Assembly: GCA_012295275.1 (NCBI GenBank)
Contig: CM022665.1
Coordinates: forward strand, 2,542,001 to 2,606,000
DNA from: Chrysomallon squamiferum
Taxonomy: Eukaryota; Animalia; Mollusca
Length of the DNA stretch: 64,000 nucleotides
Direction of reading: 5' to 3'
In this document: positions 60,450 through 64,000 of the stretch, in pieces
How positions within the stretch are numbered: the stretch's first letter is position 1
How the letters are laid out: the number at the start of each line of letters is the position of its first letter
Made by a program: the position numbers and the translations under genes
The notes under the pieces: generated by a model
What the model was told of the DNA's origin: nothing
The model's database searches: none
The model's input: only the letters and a program-made list of their open reading frames with translations

Positions 60450-62744
60450 ATGTCTCCCATTCCTAACTCTGAATCAGAATGTGATGACAACAAATTAACT
60501 GAAGGAGAAGACTTGAGTAACGCTGATTTAATCATTCCTCCTGATCTTGAGAGTACTGAAGAGGAGGATGAAGATGGTCAAAATAATGTTTATCTGGGTT
60601 ATATTCCTCTTTCACAAGATCCTGCAGAAAATTTAACAGATTCTGATGAAAATGATCACTCTGATGTTACTACACAGTCTAGTACAATAACTGAACTAGC
60701 AGAAGGCACTGGTATTTCACACGATAATTTGCACGATACTTTATCAAAAGACAACTTACCATTATATCTGCAGGCAAGTACATAGCTGGATTGTCTTTCA
60801 GATCATCCTTATTTGCATTAGTTAACTTTTGAAAATGTATGTTTTGTTAAAAAAAAATTTCAGTCAGATGAAAAACGATTTTCACATTAATAAAAAAAAA
60901 AAGCCACTTTAATGAAATTATGACACAGAATGAACTTGACTTCATTTTTCGTTGTATATTTACAAATAATTTATTTATCTTTTTTTTTTTACTATTCATT
61001 TGTATTAATTTAATGATTTTATTATTCAAAAATAGGCACCAGATATGCCCAAAACTGATAAGAAAAACATAATTTGGAATCAGGCAAGAGAAACAAGTGA
61101 AATTAAAATGGATCCAGGTAAATAAATATGCAACAGAGTGAAATTTATTACTCATATTTTTTGATAGATCTGAGATACTGTGTGTTTGGAGTCAAATTGG
61201 CTGGCTTAATAAAAACAAGATTTTAGGACATAGAATAAAATACTGTTATAATGAACTAGCTTCATTGGTGTGTTACACAGTTGTTGTACATGCATATATT
61301 TGCAGAGGTTGATATTCTTCAGGAAACCGGCCATACTCTGTTTTTCTAAGTGTAATGATTTGAAGTTTGCTTTCTGAATGAAAACCATATACAGATTTAT
61401 AATACTAGTATAAATGCTATCCTGATTTAAAAAATAGCCTGTTAATTGTCACTACTTAATATCATTTGGAATGTGGATCTCCTAGAAATAATTATGTAGT
61501 GAGACATATTTTACAGAAGACAATAGCATCAGTGAAATAACACACCAAACTACTCAGTGACTGAATCCTTACCCATCCTAATCAGCTGGTGAAAGCAAAC
61601 AAAATTACTTGGATTGTATTTTTAGTGTGCTCATTAACATGGTTCTGCAGTTGTGTACATTGATGTGGTTTGATACAGAAATTAAGGTATTTCGTGTTTC
61701 GTTACATACACATTCATTTCCACTGCAATTAACTATCTGGGACCAGGAATTTGGTTTGTTGTACAAGTTAATTCATTATCCATTTTTTATTCTTTGCAAC
61801 ACAGTTTAATAAAGTAAGTGTTAGTTCTTGGAGTACTTACTTCAGTCTTTGTTTTACATAAAACTGATAATTTGTGGCTCTTTGTGCATATCTGAATTAA
61901 ATTATTACTGTCTTTGTGTGTATTTACATATGTTTTAAACAACAACATATTATTATCATTATCATTATGCAGCAGTAGTGTCCCATTGTTGGATGAAAGC
62001 CTTAGCATGTTGTTTCTGTATCTTCTTGTTGTCTTTCCATTGCCTTGCTGGCCTTCTTTCATAGTTTCCAAGTGATAATACATTTGTTACCTGCTGATGT
62101 GCCCTCCTCAGTCCACTTGTCTTCTAACCAATTCAGTCACATCAATGACCTTTATTTTCTTTTACCCAGAAGTGAGTGCGGGGGTTTTGTTCTGATATGT
62201 AACATTCTTTCATCTTTGTAAGGATGCTATTTTGTTCTATGCTGGAATCATACTAGTTGCATGTCTCGTCAAGCAGTTTAAATATGCATCAGTATTGAAA
62301 CTGCCTGATCACCCATTTGTTTATTTATTATTATTATTATTATTATTTTGTTTTTTGTTGTATATTTTACAGTTGTAATTCAGGGAATTTAAAAATAATT
62401 TTCAAATTACTAAATTGAGTAGTTGATGGTACTGATTATCTGCAATGGATAATCTGCAATTCCTCTATCTTAGAGACATGTTACTTCAAGCGTTTGTGTT
62501 TTTTATGATGTTATCTTTCTGTTTTGTGATTATGATGCACAATAAATTGTTTTTGTTTGTTTCAGAAGTAGCAACTACAATAAAGGCTGCCATGGCTGGG
62601 TTTCAGCTGCCACCATCAAACATTCCAAACTGGGCAAAGGAGATATCTGAAGATGAATGGAAAGAACAACTGGTGTCCAAAATCAGTTTAGATAGTTTGA
62701 AAAGTGATCACAACAAAAATTCAAATGCAGATAATTTGACATAG
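60450..62744 (+). CDS. MEA1: Male-enhanced antigen 1-like protein, 3 coding exons, ~194 aa
   Basis: Exons 60450-60773 (ATG 7 nt after the acceptor at 60441-42; GC donor), 61036-61117 and 62566-62744 (TAG) join in frame. The acidic N-terminus, GYIPLSQDP (human GYSYQPLNQDP) and KMDPEVATTIKAAMAGFQLPPSNIPNWAKEISEDEW (human [36 protein letters not shown]) match MEA1. Confidence 0.9.
61945..62260 (-). mobile_element. Decayed 3' end of an RTE-clade LINE in MEA1 intron
   Basis: Minus-strand fragments KVIDVTELVRR-KWT..GHISR, RRPARQWKDN and AKAFIQQWD, followed by a (GATAAT)n tail. These resemble the RTE C-terminal motifs KW.WAGHI.R / GRP..RW.D / EAFVQQW. Confidence 0.65.
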
Positions 62745-62791
62745 ATGTAAAATTATCAACAGACACAGGACTATATTTTGATCTACATGTG

Positions 62792-62797
62792 AATAAA
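62792..62797 (+). terminator. Candidate MEA1 polyadenylation signal
   Basis: AATAAA 47 nt after the MEA1 stop codon. The motif is common in AT-rich DNA. Confidence 0.35.
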
Positions 62798-63789
62798 AAC
62801 AAACAAAAAATGCCCAACAGCTATTTAATTTAAACCACTGAAAGTTGTTTTTTTGCAAGTGATTGGTGTAGATTACATATCTATGAAGAAATGAGACTAT
62901 TATTTATTACATTTGTTATAGCTGAAGTTTTAAAATTTAACATTTTAAATTAAACTAAAATATTGTTACAATTTTCTGTAACTACAAAAAAAAATGTACA
63001 TATTGGTAACATAAAGCTGGACCTTAATTACATTAATCACTGTAATATTTATTTAATGTGAATACTACTCGTCATTATCTTTGTCAGTTGGTGCTGATGT
63101 AGATAAATACTTTGTGACTGTCAATTGTTTGTATGAATCTTGTTTTATTATTCTGAAGAAAAATTTTAAATATATATATAGAATTCATTTTGTGACTTGA
63201 ATCATATATTTTTAAAAATTACACTGCTTTTACATGAATTTTATAGAACATAAATGTGCACTGACAGTGAATGCTTTACAAACAGCTTTGTTCTCGTCAT
63301 TTTAGATTAGTAGTGCCAGACATGTTTTCACACACCCTTGAATCTGATATTTATCTAAATCTGCCAGCTATCCTTTCCATGACACAGAGTTTAAAAAAAA
63401 AAAAAAAAAAAAAAAATTCCAATGCCATTGAGCCAGATAGTAGAATTTGCACTGCTTCAGATTAATGTGCCGTCAAATCATAGCCATTTGAAAAAGTATC
63501 CTGTGTTATACAATAATTTGATTATATAACAGTATAAACTATCAGGTTGAAGACAACAATTGCAGATTATACTGGTTCATAGATTTGGGAATGAATTAAT
63601 ATTATGACTTAACCTTTGCCACATGCAATGGAAAGCAGATGGTTATGGTGACTCTAAATGATATAAAGTTGAACTCTGGCTTTTTTCTTCAGATGTTGGT
63701 TTGTTTTCAAGTCAAGTTAGTGATGGATGAATTTAAAATTTTTTTGGTGGAGGGCAGTGATAGCAATAAATGTTCTGAAGGAAGACTAT

Positions 63790-63985
63790 ATCTTTCATTT
63801 GTGGTTATACTGTGTCAGAGCTGTGGTTAAAGACCAATCACAAGAAACCTACTGCTAACGCTCAGCAGGCTACTCTTTCCAATTAGCAGCAGTTATCGTT
63901 TATATGCATAATGCATAGCATGGCCTTTGTTACAACACTTGTGAAGCACTGGCTAGAATGAAAAACAGCCCAATGGATCCACCCA
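63790..63985 (-). mobile_element. Degenerate SINE with Nin/Deu-type central domain
   Basis: Minus strand reads GGTGGATCCATTGGGCTGTTTTTCATTCTAGCCAGTGC..CAAAGGCC..TGCATATAAA..TGCTGCTAATTGGAAAGAGTAGCC..GGTTTC..GGTCTTTAACCA..TCTGAC..TATAACC, collinear with the molluscan Nin-domain SINE consensus as I remember it. The tRNA head is not recognisable. Confidence 0.6.
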
Positions 63986-64000
63986 CTATCTAAATTTCTA

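Overview
AT-rich, intron-dense animal genomic DNA, most likely a mollusc or other lophotrochozoan (inferred from the repeat families). There are three spliced genes. (1) The last 11 coding exons of a HEATR5 (HEATR5B-like) gene on +, stop at 6446. (2) A complete USP34 deubiquitinase gene on -, 56483->12638; I traced 79 coding exons by hand, about 3586 aa, with an intact Cys box and His box. (3) A MEA1 (male-enhanced antigen 1) gene on +, CDS 60450-62744, head-to-head with USP34. Decayed mobile elements: a hAT transposase relic, L2 and RTE LINE 3' fragments, a Nin/Deu-domain SINE and a MITE. Most short ORFs in the supplied track are exon fragments or AT-rich noise. I see no evidence of a wholly new multi-gene system. 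The observations most worth checking are a +1 frameshift inside a conserved HEATR5 exon, an ATF4-like cluster of upstream and overlapping uORFs before USP34, a candidate 30-nt in-frame USP34 microexon, a GC-AG intron in each of the three genes, and an 816-nt His/Cys/acidic exon in USP34. Homology calls come from remembered protein sequences, not from database searches.
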